DNA of 64,000 bases from Spirochaetia bacterium (GCA_965203905.1 CBDBDQ010000005.1:6368001-6432000), one strand, 5' to 3'. Numbered from the stretch's first letter, positions 39,671-49,840 are shown. Notes: generated by a model from the letters alone, not told the origin. Translations and numbers: made by a program.

Positions 39671-39942
39671 GTGTCACGCTCGGCAAGAAACCGATCCAGC
39701 GCACCTACTTTGCGCGCCGCGGCCGTGAGCGGTTTGCGCGGTTTGCGTGAGCGCACCAGGATGCCTCGCCGCTCCAACTCCTCGAGCCGCTCGGTGATGG
39801 TCTGAGGCTGCTGCTCGATGGGACGAATCTCTGCTACCGGCTCGCCACGATGAGAAACGGTGACCGGCGTGCCCGAGCGCACCAGCCGCAGCACTTCGGA
39901 GAAGCGCGCCTTGGCCTCGTATGTCGAGTAGATGATGCTCAC
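39667..39942 (-). CDS. Phd/YefM family antitoxin
   Basis: STYEAKARFSEVLRLVRSG.PVTVSHRGEPVAEI. Confidence 0.88.
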   Translation of the reverse strand: MSIIYSTYEAKARFSEVLRLVRSGTPVTVSHRGEPVAEIRPIEQQPQTITERLEELERRGILVRSRKPRKPLTAAARKVGALDRFLAERDT

Positions 39943-39958
39943 CGTTTTCAATTTTAAC

Positions 39959-39969
39959 TAGTCAGACTA
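39959..39969. promoter_or_regulatory. Palindromic operator candidate for TA autoregulation
   Basis: TAGTC-A-GACTA immediately upstream of the antitoxin gene. Confidence 0.5.
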
Positions 39970-40091
39970 TCCATGACAATTCCGCGAACTCCACGCCCCT
40001 CTACCCCTTGACGCGCGGCATGCCTGCCTCTGCATGCTTGGGTAGCGGGATGCTCGCGGAGCTGCCGTGTCACGACACAAAGGAGACCACC

Positions 40092-43000
40092 ATGGAACAC
40101 CTGCCGCTGATCGACGTCGCCGAGCCGGAGCGCATTGCGGCCCTGTTGGAGGATCCCGACACGTTCAGCTTCCGCGCCGACGCCGCCGAGAACCTGGACG
40201 GCCTGGTGCCGGACATCGGCCTGACCGGCAAGTATCCCTACCGCAGCGTGTACCGGCCGCGCAGCTTCGTCCGCGCCGGCCTCCCGGCCACCCTCACCCA
40301 CCGCTTCTGGGACACCCTCGACGGCTCCGGCGACCACACCGGCCGGCGCTGGATCGGCGTGCTGATGTACGACGAGCACGGCTTCGACTGCCGCCTGGAG
40401 GTCACGCTCGGCGCCGATCCCATCGGCTGCATGGTGCCGTTCCGCCACGACAACCGCCGTCACCTTTACGTGCTCGATCGCCCGGTGCAGTTCATGGGTG
40501 GGATGGAGGTGCTGCGGATCTCGGGGACCGGAGACGCCGGGTACCGCCTGGAGCACGTGGTGCTGCTCAAGGAGCGCCCCGCCGCCACCAGCTACCAGCC
40601 GCGCATCGAGCGCTTGACCGCGCGCCTGCGACGGCGGCCGGACGGTGGGTTCGCGGTAGCGGTCGACGCGGTCTCGCGACCCGCCACGCGCTGCAGCGTA
40701 ACCCTGTTGCACGGCGCCACCGGGGCTGCCGTGGCCAGCACGCAGGAAGGTGAGCATCTGAGCCTGCACGCCGTCGACCTGGAGCCGGTGCCGGTGCCGC
40801 CGGCGGCCGGGTATCGGGCCCGCATCGTCGCCACCGAAGCCGGCGGCAGGCAGGAGACGGCGGAAGTCGCCGTGGCAGGCCAGCCGGACGCCGCCGCGGC
40901 CGCGCTGTCCATTCCCATGGAGATCACCAACCTGGCCGGCGTCGCGCTCTCCGGTCTTCCGGCCACCTTCGGCCTGCCGGTGCCGCCCGGGCACCTGTTC
41001 GGGCCCACCACGGGCCGCTGGGAAGTGGGACACGCGACCACGCCGGTGCAGTGCCGCCCGCACGGCTTCCGCCCCGATGGCTCGGCAAGCTGGGTCCTGG
41101 TCGACGGCTGTCCGCCGGTGGCACTGGAGCCGGACGCAAGCCGCACCGGGACGGTGGTCCTGAGCCCCTCCACGCCGGCCTCGCCTCCGCCCGACGGCCT
41201 GCACTGCTCGGTCGACGACCACGCGGTGACGGTCACCGGGGAGGGCCTCCGGGTGCGGATGACCGCGGGCGACGGGCCACCGCTGCCGGTGGTCGAGACC
41301 CGGACCGGCGCTGGTGGATGGCGGCCGGTGTACCGCCGGAGCAGTGCCGCGCTGACGCTGGGCCACGGCGAGGAGCTGCGCCGGGGACCGATTCACGACC
41401 TGGTGCTGGAGGAGGCAGGCTGGCAGCGCGCCGTGATCCGCTATCGCTTCGCGCACCTCGACGCCGACGGAACCCCGCACCTGCGCAGCACCATCCGGGT
41501 CCACGTCTACCGTGGCCGGCAGGCGCTGCGCATCGTGCACCGGCTGGAAGTGAGCTCGCCGCACCTGCCGCCGGCCGCCGGCGGCACCGCGGCTGCGATA
41601 CCGGAACACGCCCGCACCATCCGCCGGGCGATCGCCGGCAGCGACGGCGAGCAGGCGACCCTGCTGACGCTACGCAGCGCGACGCTGGGCATCAGCCGCG
41701 GCCCCAATGGCACCAATGGCGCGGTGTACTGGCCCGGCGGAGCACCCGAGGGCACGGCGCTGGCGGAGGGAAGCGAGGTGCGTCTGGTCCACGACCACGA
41801 TCAAGGCCACCGGGTCGAGACCGGGGACGCGGTACGGGAGGTGGCGCGGCGGATCCCCGGCCACGTTACCGTGACGGGCGACGTGGCGCGCGGACAAGGT
41901 GGAGAGCCGCTCAGCGTCGCGCTGCGCCGCTTCTGGCAGACCTATCCGCGCGCGGTGCGGGTCAGCAACGACGAGATCGTGGTCGAGCTGCTGCCACTCC
42001 CGGCGCCCGGCGGCTCCCCCCGCCCGGGCGACGAAGAGAGCTGGCACCGTATCTACTTCTGGCTCGGGCAGCAGGGCTACCTGCTCAAGGCCGGGATGGC
42101 GCTCAGCAGCGAGATTCTGCTGACGTGGGGGCCGCGCGACGAGGCGTTGCTTGCCTGGTTCGAGGAGCCGCCGGCGGTACGGCCGGCGCTGGAGTGGCTC
42201 AACGCCTGCAACGCGCTCGCCCCGCTGGCGGCCAAGGACACCGGGGTGCTGGATCGCTACGAACGGACGCTGGGAGGCGGTTACGAGCAGTGGATCGCCG
42301 ACCGCGAGATCCGGCGCCAGTACGGCTGGCTCAACTTCGGCGACTGGTACGGCGAAAGCGCCTGGTCGTGGGGCAACAACGAATACGATCCACCGTTCGC
42401 CCACTACTGCGAGTTTCTGCGCGGCGGCGATCCCCGCTGGTTCACCCTCGGCGCCGAGGCCGCGCGCCATCTGACCGACGTCGATACCATCAACTTCTCC
42501 ACCGATTCGACGCAGGTGGGCGCCCAGTACACCCACATGCCGGGACACGCCGGCGGCTACCTGCCCCCTTACTTCCGCAGCAAGATGGGCGGCTCCAGCA
42601 GCGTGCCGTCGCACACGTGGGTGGAGGGTTCGGTGCTGCACTACCTGCTGACCGGGGACGAGAACCTGCGCGAGTCGCTCGACCGAACCGCGCAGTGGCT
42701 GATCGCGAGCGGGCTGAAGGACTACGCCGGCGGCATCCAGCACTACGACTTCGCCAACTGCCGCGAGTGCGGCTGGCACCTGATCCACCTCACCGCCCTG
42801 GCGCGCATGAGCACCACGCCGCGCTACCTCAACGCCGCCGCCCTGATCGTGGAGCGGGTGCTGGAGCGGCAGGAGCCCGGTGGCGGCTGGGAGCGCGTGC
42901 TGAAGGAGGGACACTGTGGCTGCGAACCACCGCGCGAGCGGGGCGAGGCGGGGTTCATGGTGGGGGTGCTGCTGTCGGGCCTGCGCCGCTACCACGAGCT

Positions 43001-43346
43001 GACCGGCGACGAGCGCGTGCGGGACGCGATCCTGGGCGGGGCCGACTGGTTGTTGCGCCGCACCTACGATGCCGCCAGCGGACACTTCCGGTATACCCCG
43101 TGCCTGCACCGCGGCGGCGGTCCGCAACCGGTGTACACGAGCCAGGTGATCGAGGGCCTCGCCTACGCTCACGCCCTCACCGGGCGCAGCGATCTGCGCG
43201 ACCTGGTACAGCGCGGTCTGGGCGACGTGGGCGCCCTGCCAGAGGCCTCGCCGGAGCCGGACCACGCCGGCTTCGGCAAGGATTGGGCCAGCCAGACCCG
43301 CTACGTGCCCAGCCTGCTGGCGTACCTCACCCGGCGGCCGGACTGA
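40092..43346 (+). CDS. Large PcRGLX/YetA-like (exo-rhamnogalacturonan lyase-like) protein
   Basis: PATFGLPVPPG, PDGSASW, FWQTYP, YGWLNFGDW...WGNNEYD, SHTW.EG; AGGAG SD. Confidence 0.65.
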   Translation: MEHLPLIDVAEPERIAALLEDPDTFSFRADAAENLDGLVPDIGLTGKYPYRSVYRPRSFVRAGLPATLTHRFWDTLDGSGDHTGRRWIGVLMYDEHGFDCRLEVTLGADPIGCMVPFRHDNRRHLYVLDRPVQFMGGMEVLRISGTGDAGYRLEHVVLLKERPAATSYQPRIERLTARLRRRPDGGFAVAVDAVSRPATRCSVTLLHGATGAAVASTQEGEHLSLHAVDLEPVPVPPAAGYRARIVATEAGGRQETAEVAVAGQPDAAAAALSIPMEITNLAGVALSGLPATFGLPVPPGHLFGPTTGRWEVGHATTPVQCRPHGFRPDGSASWVLVDGCPPVALEPDASRTGTVVLSPSTPASPPPDGLHCSVDDHAVTVTGEGLRVRMTAGDGPPLPVVETRTGAGGWRPVYRRSSAALTLGHGEELRRGPIHDLVLEEAGWQRAVIRYRFAHLDADGTPHLRSTIRVHVYRGRQALRIVHRLEVSSPHLPPAAGGTAAAIPEHARTIRRAIAGSDGEQATLLTLRSATLGISRGPNGTNGAVYWPGGAPEGTALAEGSEVRLVHDHDQGHRVETGDAVREVARRIPGHVTVTGDVARGQGGEPLSVALRRFWQTYPRAVRVSNDEIVVELLPLPAPGGSPRPGDEESWHRIYFWLGQQGYLLKAGMALSSEILLTWGPRDEALLAWFEEPPAVRPALEWLNACNALAPLAAKDTGVLDRYERTLGGGYEQWIADREIRRQYGWLNFGDWYGESAWSWGNNEYDPPFAHYCEFLRGGDPRWFTLGAEAARHLTDVDTINFSTDSTQVGAQYTHMPGHAGGYLPPYFRSKMGGSSSVPSHTWVEGSVLHYLLTGDENLRESLDRTAQWLIASGLKDYAGGIQHYDFANCRECGWHLIHLTALARMSTTPRYLNAAALIVERVLERQEPGGGWERVLKEGHCGCEPPRERGEAGFMVGVLLSGLRRYHELTGDERVRDAILGGADWLLRRTYDAASGHFRYTPCLHRGGGPQPVYTSQVIEGLAYAHALTGRSDLRDLVQRGLGDVGALPEASPEPDHAGFGKDWASQTRYVPSLLAYLTRRPD

Positions 43347-44433
43347 CGCTGCCGCCCGAGGTCGGCGGGGTCGCCCACGGGCCGGGGTGGCGGAACGCCG
43401 CGGCGTAGCGCTCGCCGCCCGCGACCTCCACCCAGCCGCCGGCGGCGATGGAGTCGATGGCGGCGCTGAGCAGGGCGAACACCTTGAGGTTGTTGCGACC
43501 GCTCCAGGGCGGCTCGGCGCCGCCGCCCAGGTACTGGTGCCAGACGTCGAAGAACTGCTCGAACGGATCTCCCGTGCCGAGGCCGGCGTCCAGGTCCTCG
43601 CGCCGTTCGAACTTCCCGCCACGGGCCGCGAACTCGTACTCCATGTAGTCGTTGCTCATGTGGATTCCGCGACAGCGCAGCACGCCGCGGGTCCCCTCGA
43701 TGCGCAGCTCGTAGTGGTCGCTCTGGGACGAGAAGCCGCCGTGATAGAGCACGTGCAGACCGCCCGCGCACTCGATCAGGGCGTTCACCATGCACGGTCC
43801 GGCATACACCGACCAGGAAGGGCGGAAGCCGTCGCAGCAGAGGCGCAGCGGCACGGCGGCCGGGAAGATCGCCATCAGGCTGTCGAAATGGTGGCACGCC
43901 ATTTCGTACAGCGCCGGCTGGTCGAGATCGGTCAGGTTGAGCGCCCGGTGGCGCGGCTTGGAGTTGAGCAGGGTCACGCTCTCCGGCGTGCCCAGCTCGC
44001 CGGAGGCCACGAATCTCGCCACGGCGCGGTAGTGGCGGTTGTAGCGCACCTGCTGCCCCACGGCGAGGGAGCGTCCGGCCGCCTCGGCCTGCTCCACCAG
44101 GCGCACCGCGTCGGCGAAGCTGTTGCTGATCGGCTTGGCCACGAGCACGTCGAGACCCGCCTCGAGGCTGCTGCGACACTGTTCGTAGTGCCACTCCGAC
44201 GGGGTGTTGACCAGCGCGGTATCCGCGTCGAGAGCGGCCAGCGCGGCCTCCAGGTCGGTGAACAGGGCACCGTCCGGCACTCCCAGCAGCCGCCGGCCCA
44301 GCTCCAGGGCATCGCGCCGTACGTCGACGACACCCGCGATGGTAGCCCACGGCCGGCGCGCCAGCGCCGGCACCACGACGCGGGCGATGCCGCCCATGCC
44401 GACCGCGATGCACCTGCGCGGTGCATGACTCAT
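43327..44433 (-). CDS. Gfo/Idh/MocA family oxidoreductase
   Basis: VGMGGIA, VNTP...H, VLVAKP, Q.RY, EMACHHFD. Confidence 0.88.
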   Translation of the reverse strand: MSHAPRRCIAVGMGGIARVVVPALARRPWATIAGVVDVRRDALELGRRLLGVPDGALFTDLEAALAALDADTALVNTPSEWHYEQCRSSLEAGLDVLVAKPISNSFADAVRLVEQAEAAGRSLAVGQQVRYNRHYRAVARFVASGELGTPESVTLLNSKPRHRALNLTDLDQPALYEMACHHFDSLMAIFPAAVPLRLCCDGFRPSWSVYAGPCMVNALIECAGGLHVLYHGGFSSQSDHYELRIEGTRGVLRCRGIHMSNDYMEYEFAARGGKFERREDLDAGLGTGDPFEQFFDVWHQYLGGGAEPPWSGRNNLKVFALLSAAIDSIAAGGWVEVAGGERYAAAFRHPGPWATPPTSGGSVSPAAG

Positions 44434-44476
44434 CGGGCGCCTCCGCTGCCGTGGCGCCGCACTTCGCGCTTGCGTC

Positions 44477-46516
44477 TCATGCTGCCGATTCTCCTTTGCC
44501 GAGCAATTCGTACAGCCGGTGATAGAGACCGCCGGCGGCGAGCAGCTCGGCATGGGTGCCACGTTCCACCACCCTGCCACGATCCAGCACCAGGATCATG
44601 TCGGCGGCCAGGATCGTGCTCAGGCGGTGGGCGATGATGATCGCCGTGCGGCCGGCGATCACCCGCAGCAGGGCCTCCTGGATCAGGGCCTCGGAGTGGG
44701 TATCGAGATGGCTGGTCGCCTCGTCCAGGATCAGGATGCGCGGATCCTTGAGGATCACCCGGGCGATCGCCAGGCGCTGCTTCTCGCCGCCGCTGAGACG
44801 GTAGCCGCGCTCCCCTACCACGGTCTCGTAACCGGCGGGCAGAGCGGCGATGAAGTCATGAATGTTGGCCGCGCGGCAGGCGTCGTGGATGCGGGCGTCC
44901 TCTGCGGTCGGGTCCGCGTACTGCAGATTGGCACGCACCGTGTCGTGAAACAGGTAGGGCTCCTGGAGGACCATCCCGACCTGCGCCGCGAGCGAGTCCA
45001 GGGTCAACGCCCAGATGTCGTGGCCGTCCACCAGGATGCGGCCGCGGGTAGCGTCGTAGAGCCGCGGCACCAGGTAGGTGAGCGTGGTCTTGCCGGAGCC
45101 GCTCGGACCCACCAGGGCCACCGTCTGTCCCGGCTCCACGACGAAGCTCACCTCGTCCAGCGCCCAGGCGCGGGCCTGGTGCCGTGCCGGCAGCCCGCGG
45201 CCGGAGCCCGGCGTGGCGGGTGCTGCCGCGGCCCCGGCCGGCCGCGCCGCTCTTCCGCCACCACCGGCGGCGCGAGCGGCAGCGTTGCGCCGCCCGCCCC
45301 AGGCCGCGCCGTTGCCGTCCGCGCGCCCCGCGGTGAACGCCATGTCCTCGGCCCGCGCCGCGCGCTTCGCCTCACTCAGCAGCAGGCGGCGGTCCGGCGC
45401 GTAGCGAAAGCTCACGCCCCGGAACTCGAGCCTCCCGGTGGCGTCCAGCAGCGGCCTGGCGTCCACCGCCTCCTCGATGTCCACGGGCAGGTCGAGCACC
45501 TCGAACACCCGCTCGAAGCTCACCAGCGACTGGGCCACCACCACGGGCACGTTGCTGAGGGAACGCAGCGGGCCGTACAGCTGCGTGAGGTAGCTGCTGA
45601 ACGCCACCACCGTACCGATGGTCAGCGCCCCGCGGATCACCAGGTGGCCGCCCACCAGGTAGATCGCCGCGGTGCCGACCGCCGTGGCGATGCCCATGAA
45701 GATGAAGAAGCGGCTGCCCACCACCGCCTGCCGAATGCTCCCTTCGCGCACCTCCCGTGCCTGGTCGCGGAATCGCCGCTGCTCCTCCTGGCGCCTCCCG
45801 AACAGCTTGACCAGCAACATGCCGCTGATGTTGAGGGTCTCGTTCATGATCGCCCCCAGGCGCGCGTTGCGCTCCATCAACTGGCGCGAGACCTGGCGCA
45901 GGGTCTTCCCGAAGCGCCGTCCGAGGAACGCGAATGCCGGCAGCACCAGCAGTCCGAGCACGGTCAGGCGCCACTCCAGCGCCAGCATCACCGCCACCGT
46001 GGCCGACACCGAGATGACGTTGGTGGTGACGTCGACCATGGTGTTGGTGACCGCGTTCTGGGCGCCGACGACGTCGTTGTTGAGCCGGCTCACCAGCTCG
46101 CCGCTCTTGTTGGCGGTGTAGAAGCGCAGCGACATGCGCTGCAGATGCGCGTACAGGGCGCAACGGAGGTCGAAGATGATGCCGGAGCCGATGGCCGCGT
46201 CCAGCGTCCGCTGCAATATGCGCAACACCGCGCCGACCACGGGGATGGCGACCAGCGCCGCGGCCAGCAGGTTGAGCCGCACCAGGTCACCCGCCGGCAG
46301 GGTGCGGTCGATCAGGTCGCGGAAGATCAGCGGCGTGAGCAGCCCCAGGCCGATGGTCGCCAGGATGCACAGCAACAGCAGGACGATTCTCCCCCGGTAC
46401 GGCCGGGCGTAGCCCAGCACCCGCCGCAGCAGCTCCCGGCTCACCGTGGGCCGCGCGCCCTCGTCGCCATACCGCATCAGGTAGCCCATGCCGCCGCCTC
46501 GGTACATGGCGACCAT
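44477..46516 (-). CDS. ABC exporter, fused permease/ATPase (MsbA-like)
   Basis: TM domain, GPSGSGKT, LSGGEKQR, LDEATS, AHRLST. Confidence 0.92.
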   Translation of the reverse strand: MVAMYRGGGMGYLMRYGDEGARPTVSRELLRRVLGYARPYRGRIVLLLLCILATIGLGLLTPLIFRDLIDRTLPAGDLVRLNLLAAALVAIPVVGAVLRILQRTLDAAIGSGIIFDLRCALYAHLQRMSLRFYTANKSGELVSRLNNDVVGAQNAVTNTMVDVTTNVISVSATVAVMLALEWRLTVLGLLVLPAFAFLGRRFGKTLRQVSRQLMERNARLGAIMNETLNISGMLLVKLFGRRQEEQRRFRDQAREVREGSIRQAVVGSRFFIFMGIATAVGTAAIYLVGGHLVIRGALTIGTVVAFSSYLTQLYGPLRSLSNVPVVVAQSLVSFERVFEVLDLPVDIEEAVDARPLLDATGRLEFRGVSFRYAPDRRLLLSEAKRAARAEDMAFTAGRADGNGAAWGGRRNAAARAAGGGGRAARPAGAAAAPATPGSGRGLPARHQARAWALDEVSFVVEPGQTVALVGPSGSGKTTLTYLVPRLYDATRGRILVDGHDIWALTLDSLAAQVGMVLQEPYLFHDTVRANLQYADPTAEDARIHDACRAANIHDFIAALPAGYETVVGERGYRLSGGEKQRLAIARVILKDPRILILDEATSHLDTHSEALIQEALLRVIAGRTAIIIAHRLSTILAADMILVLDRGRVVERGTHAELLAAGGLYHRLYELLGKGESAA

Positions 46517-46590
46517 GATAGGGTGCAGCGGGCGGTACCGTCACGCTGCGGCGCAGCGCTGGCCCGGCGGTGCGTCCCGGAGGTGACGTG

Positions 46591-47343
46591 ATGGCCGAGA
46601 GCGCGCCGCGGGTGGCGCTGGTGACCGGTGCGGGATCAGGGATCGGCCGCGCCTGCGCGCTGGAGCTGGCGGCTGCCGGTGCGGCGGTAGTGGTTGCGGA
46701 CAGCGATGCCGAGGGCGGCGCGGATACGGTAGCTCAGGTCACGGCTGCCGGCGGCCGCGCCCGTTTCGCCCGCTGCGACGTGCGCGAACCCGACCAGGTG
46801 GAGCGCGCGGTGAGCGCGGCGGTGACCGCCTACGGCGAGTTGAGCTGCGCGGTGAACAGTGCCGGGGTAGGCCGCAGCGGCGGCACCCTGGAGGGCGAAC
46901 CCGGCGACTGGCAGCTCACCCTGGCGGTGAACCTGACCGGGGTGTGGCACGCGATGCGCGCCGAGCTGCGGCCGATGCTGCGCCAGCGGCGGGGGGCGAT
47001 CGTCAACGTGGCGTCGATCTACGGACTGGTGGGGTCGGCCGCCAATGCCGCCTACACCGCAAGCAAGCACGGGGTGGTGGGTCTGACCCGTTCCGCCGCC
47101 CTGCAGTACGCCGAACATCACATCAGGGTCAACGCGGTGTGCCCCGGCCACAGCCTGACGCCGATGACCGCGCCGCTGCTGCGCGATGCCGCCTGGCACC
47201 GTGATCGCCTCGCCCGCTACCCCCTGGGGCGGTTCGCGGAGCCCGAGGAGACGGCGCGGCTGGTGAGCTGGCTGTGTTCCGGCGCGGCGTCCTTCGTGAC
47301 CGGCCAGGCGATTCCGGTGGATGGCGGCTACACGGCGCAATGA
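46591..47343 (+). CDS. SDR family oxidoreductase
   Basis: TGAGSGIG, NSAG, YTASK, NAVCPG, VDGG. Confidence 0.92.
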   Translation: MAESAPRVALVTGAGSGIGRACALELAAAGAAVVVADSDAEGGADTVAQVTAAGGRARFARCDVREPDQVERAVSAAVTAYGELSCAVNSAGVGRSGGTLEGEPGDWQLTLAVNLTGVWHAMRAELRPMLRQRRGAIVNVASIYGLVGSAANAAYTASKHGVVGLTRSAALQYAEHHIRVNAVCPGHSLTPMTAPLLRDAAWHRDRLARYPLGRFAEPEETARLVSWLCSGAASFVTGQAIPVDGGYTAQ

Positions 47344-47421
47344 GCGCAATGAGCGCCGCTACGTCGCCGATGCGCTGGCGGTGGAGTATACTTGTCCCGC
47401 CTCGTGGCGCGACCCGCGGAT

Positions 47422-47507
47422 GCCGGAGTGGTGGAATTGGTAGACACTGGGGACTTAAAATCCCTTGGTCCTGACCGACCGTGCCGGTTCGAGTCCGGTC
47501 TCCGGCA
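47422..47507 (+). tRNA. tRNA-Leu(UAA), CCA not encoded
   Basis: Acceptor stem GCCGGAG/CTCCGGC + A; GGAATTGGTAGAC D arm; loop CT-TAA-AA; long variable arm; GTTCGAGT T loop. Confidence 0.96.
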
Positions 47508-47838
47508 ACCTGGCGCCCGCTGCTGCCCCTGAGCACTTGAGCTGGTAGTCGATCGCAGCGCGAAAGCGGGCGTCGGCATCGAGAAACTCCAGGCCGAAGC
47601 CGCTCGCGGTCAGCCCGCGACTGGCGGCAAACGACCGCACCGAGCGCACCGCCCGCGCCCGCGCCGTGGCGAACGGTCCGCCGGCCGTGCCCAGCAGCAC
47701 TTCCACTTCTTCGTCCAGATCGATCAGGGCCAGATCGTCGGCGGCAATGGATACTCCGGCGGTGGACAGGTCGCGGCCCCGGAACTCCAACAGCAGCGTG
47801 CTGCCATCCACCTGGGTCTTGCGCAGGTAGACGGTCAC
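47455..47838 (-). CDS. PilZ-like domain protein
   Basis: RDLSTAGV (D/NxSxxG) and GFGLEF; the 3' end runs antisense into the tRNA. Confidence 0.6.
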   Translation of the reverse strand: MTVYLRKTQVDGSTLLLEFRGRDLSTAGVSIAADDLALIDLDEEVEVLLGTAGGPFATARARAVRSVRSFAASRGLTASGFGLEFLDADARFRAAIDYQLKCSGAAAGARLPETGLEPARSVRTKGF

Positions 47839-47854
47839 GCGCCGACGGCACCCG

Positions 47855-48136
47855 CTACTTCGGACGCTGCCAGAAACGGAACTTCTCCACGTAACCGCAG
47901 TCGTCGGGCAGGTAGCGGGAGAACAGGGCGTGGAACAGGGTTACCTGGCGGCACTCGGCGCACTCCTTGAAGCGCGACGTGTACACGGTGCAGAGGTTGC
48001 TGTCCGTGTCCAGAAACCGGCACGGCTGGTCCTTCTTGATGACCAGCTCCCCCGCCACCCGTTCCCGGCGGTAGCAGCAGGCACCGCATTGGGTACAGAT
48101 ATCGTCCCACCAATCGCGCACCGTGGCGTTCGCCAT
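47855..48136 (-). CDS. YkgJ-family CxxCxxCC cysteine-cluster protein
   Basis: CTQCGACC, PCRFLD...CTVY..R...C. Confidence 0.82.
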   Translation of the reverse strand: MANATVRDWWDDICTQCGACCYRRERVAGELVIKKDQPCRFLDTDSNLCTVYTSRFKECAECRQVTLFHALFSRYLPDDCGYVEKFRFWQRPK

Positions 48137-48232
48137 CGACGCGACTATAACCGATGCGGCGCGCTCGATCCAGCGCGCGCAGCGCCAGGGCCGGCGGTGC
48201 CGCTATAATCGGCCCCGATGCGCGCGCGCGGC

Positions 48233-49840
48233 ATGCCACTGGCGGTCAGCTCGGCACTGCTCCTGGCCCTGGCACTGCCGAACGACCTGTTTCCGCTCGG
48301 CAGCCCGCTGTTTGGCGTGGCCTGTCTGGCGCCCCTGCTGGTCGCGCTCTATCGCAGCCGCAGCTATGGCCATGCCGCGTGGCTGGGGGCGCTCTTCGGC
48401 ACCTGTTCGAGCGTCCTGAGCAACTTCTGGCTGGTGTTCTTTCAAAGCTTCTCGGTGTGGACGCTTGGTGGGGTCACTCTCGCCTACCTTGGCTACCACG
48501 CGCTGCTGGCTCCGATCCTGCGCTACGCGGCCGGCGTGCCGCGCGCCTGGCGGCCGTTCGCGGTGGCCGCGGTGTGGGCCGTGTACGAATACCTCAAGTC
48601 CTCCGGCTACCTGGGCTACCCGTGGGGCCTGGTGGCGTACCCGGTGCACGCCATCACCCCGCTGGTGCAGTTCGTCGAGATCACCGGCGTCTGGGGGCTG
48701 TGCCTGCTGATGGCGATGGTGAACGGCGTGGCGGCGGAGTGGCTGGAGCAGCTCATGCTGGCAGCGCGGCGGGTGCCGGCGCGGCTGTGGCGTGGCAGCG
48801 CGGTGGTCGCCCTCCTGGCGGCGGCCGCCCTCGGCTACGGTGCCGTAGCGCTGCAACGGGAAATCCCCGCCACGGGCGTTGCCGACCTGGTGCTGGTACA
48901 GCACAACGCAAATCCGTGGCTGAGCGGCGACGACGAGGGTACGCTACGGACCCTGGAGGCGCTTACCGCCGAGGGCATCGCCGCCGCGCCGGAAGCCCCC
49001 GACCTGGTGGTGTGGAGCGAGACCGCGGTGCGCTACTGGATGGTGGCACCGCAAGACCCGGACACCGTGGCGCTGGCACCGACGCCCCTGCCGCGGCTCC
49101 AGGTTCCGCTCCTCACCGGCGTGCCGTGGGTGGTGACTCTCGATCCCTTCGCGGCCATGAACGCCGCGATGCTGGTGGAACCGGGCGGCGCAGTGCTCGA
49201 CCACTACGGCAAGCAGCACCTGGTGCCGTTCGCGGAGAGCGTGCCGTTCTGGGAGCTGCCGGCCATCCGCCACTTCTTCAGTCAGGTGATCGGGCTGCAC
49301 GCCGTGTGGGTGCCGGGCGGCAAGGCCACCATTTTCTCGCTGCCCCTGCGCAGTGGCGGCCGGGTGCGCTTCGCGACGCCGATCTGTTTCGAGGATGCGT
49401 TCCCGGACCTGAACCGGCGCTTCATCCGCGCCGGGGCGGACCTGCTCATCAACCTCACCAACGACGCCTGGTCGCAGACCGTGTCGGCGGAGACCCAGCA
49501 CTTCGTCGCCGCCAAGCTGCGCGCCGTCGAGAACCGGCGGGTGCTGATCCGCGCCACCAACGGGGGGGTGACCGCCGCCATCGATCCCTGGGGACGGGTC
49601 ATCGGCGAGGTCGCGCCGCTGTTCACCGCCACCTGGTTGCGCCTGCAGGTGCCCGTGTACCGGCCGTCCACGGACAGTCCCTACACCCGCTTCGGCGACT
49701 ACCTGCCGTGGCTCCTCGGCCTGCTCCTGGTAGCGTTGTTCGCGGTCAGGTGGCGGCGGGACCGGGTACGAAGCGGATGGCGTAGCGGTCGCCATGTCGG
49801 TGCAGGCGACAGCGTGGACCGAACACCGCCTGCAGCGTGA
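48233..49840 (+). CDS. lnt: Apolipoprotein N-acyltransferase (paralogue 1)
   Basis: GYPW; catalytic triad WSETA, KQHLVPFAE, ICFED; TND.W. Confidence 0.92.
   Translation: MPLAVSSALLLALALPNDLFPLGSPLFGVACLAPLLVALYRSRSYGHAAWLGALFGTCSSVLSNFWLVFFQSFSVWTLGGVTLAYLGYHALLAPILRYAAGVPRAWRPFAVAAVWAVYEYLKSSGYLGYPWGLVAYPVHAITPLVQFVEITGVWGLCLLMAMVNGVAAEWLEQLMLAARRVPARLWRGSAVVALLAAAALGYGAVALQREIPATGVADLVLVQHNANPWLSGDDEGTLRTLEALTAEGIAAAPEAPDLVVWSETAVRYWMVAPQDPDTVALAPTPLPRLQVPLLTGVPWVVTLDPFAAMNAAMLVEPGGAVLDHYGKQHLVPFAESVPFWELPAIRHFFSQVIGLHAVWVPGGKATIFSLPLRSGGRVRFATPICFEDAFPDLNRRFIRAGADLLINLTNDAWSQTVSAETQHFVAAKLRAVENRRVLIRATNGGVTAAIDPWGRVIGEVAPLFTATWLRLQVPVYRPSTDSPYTRFGDYLPWLLGLLLVALFAVRWRRDRVRSGWRSGRHVGAGDSVDRTPPAA

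Noticed and set aside
47422-47507. tRNA as an integration site for an island or prophage
   Set aside because: No duplicated tRNA 3' end or integrase seen in the window.
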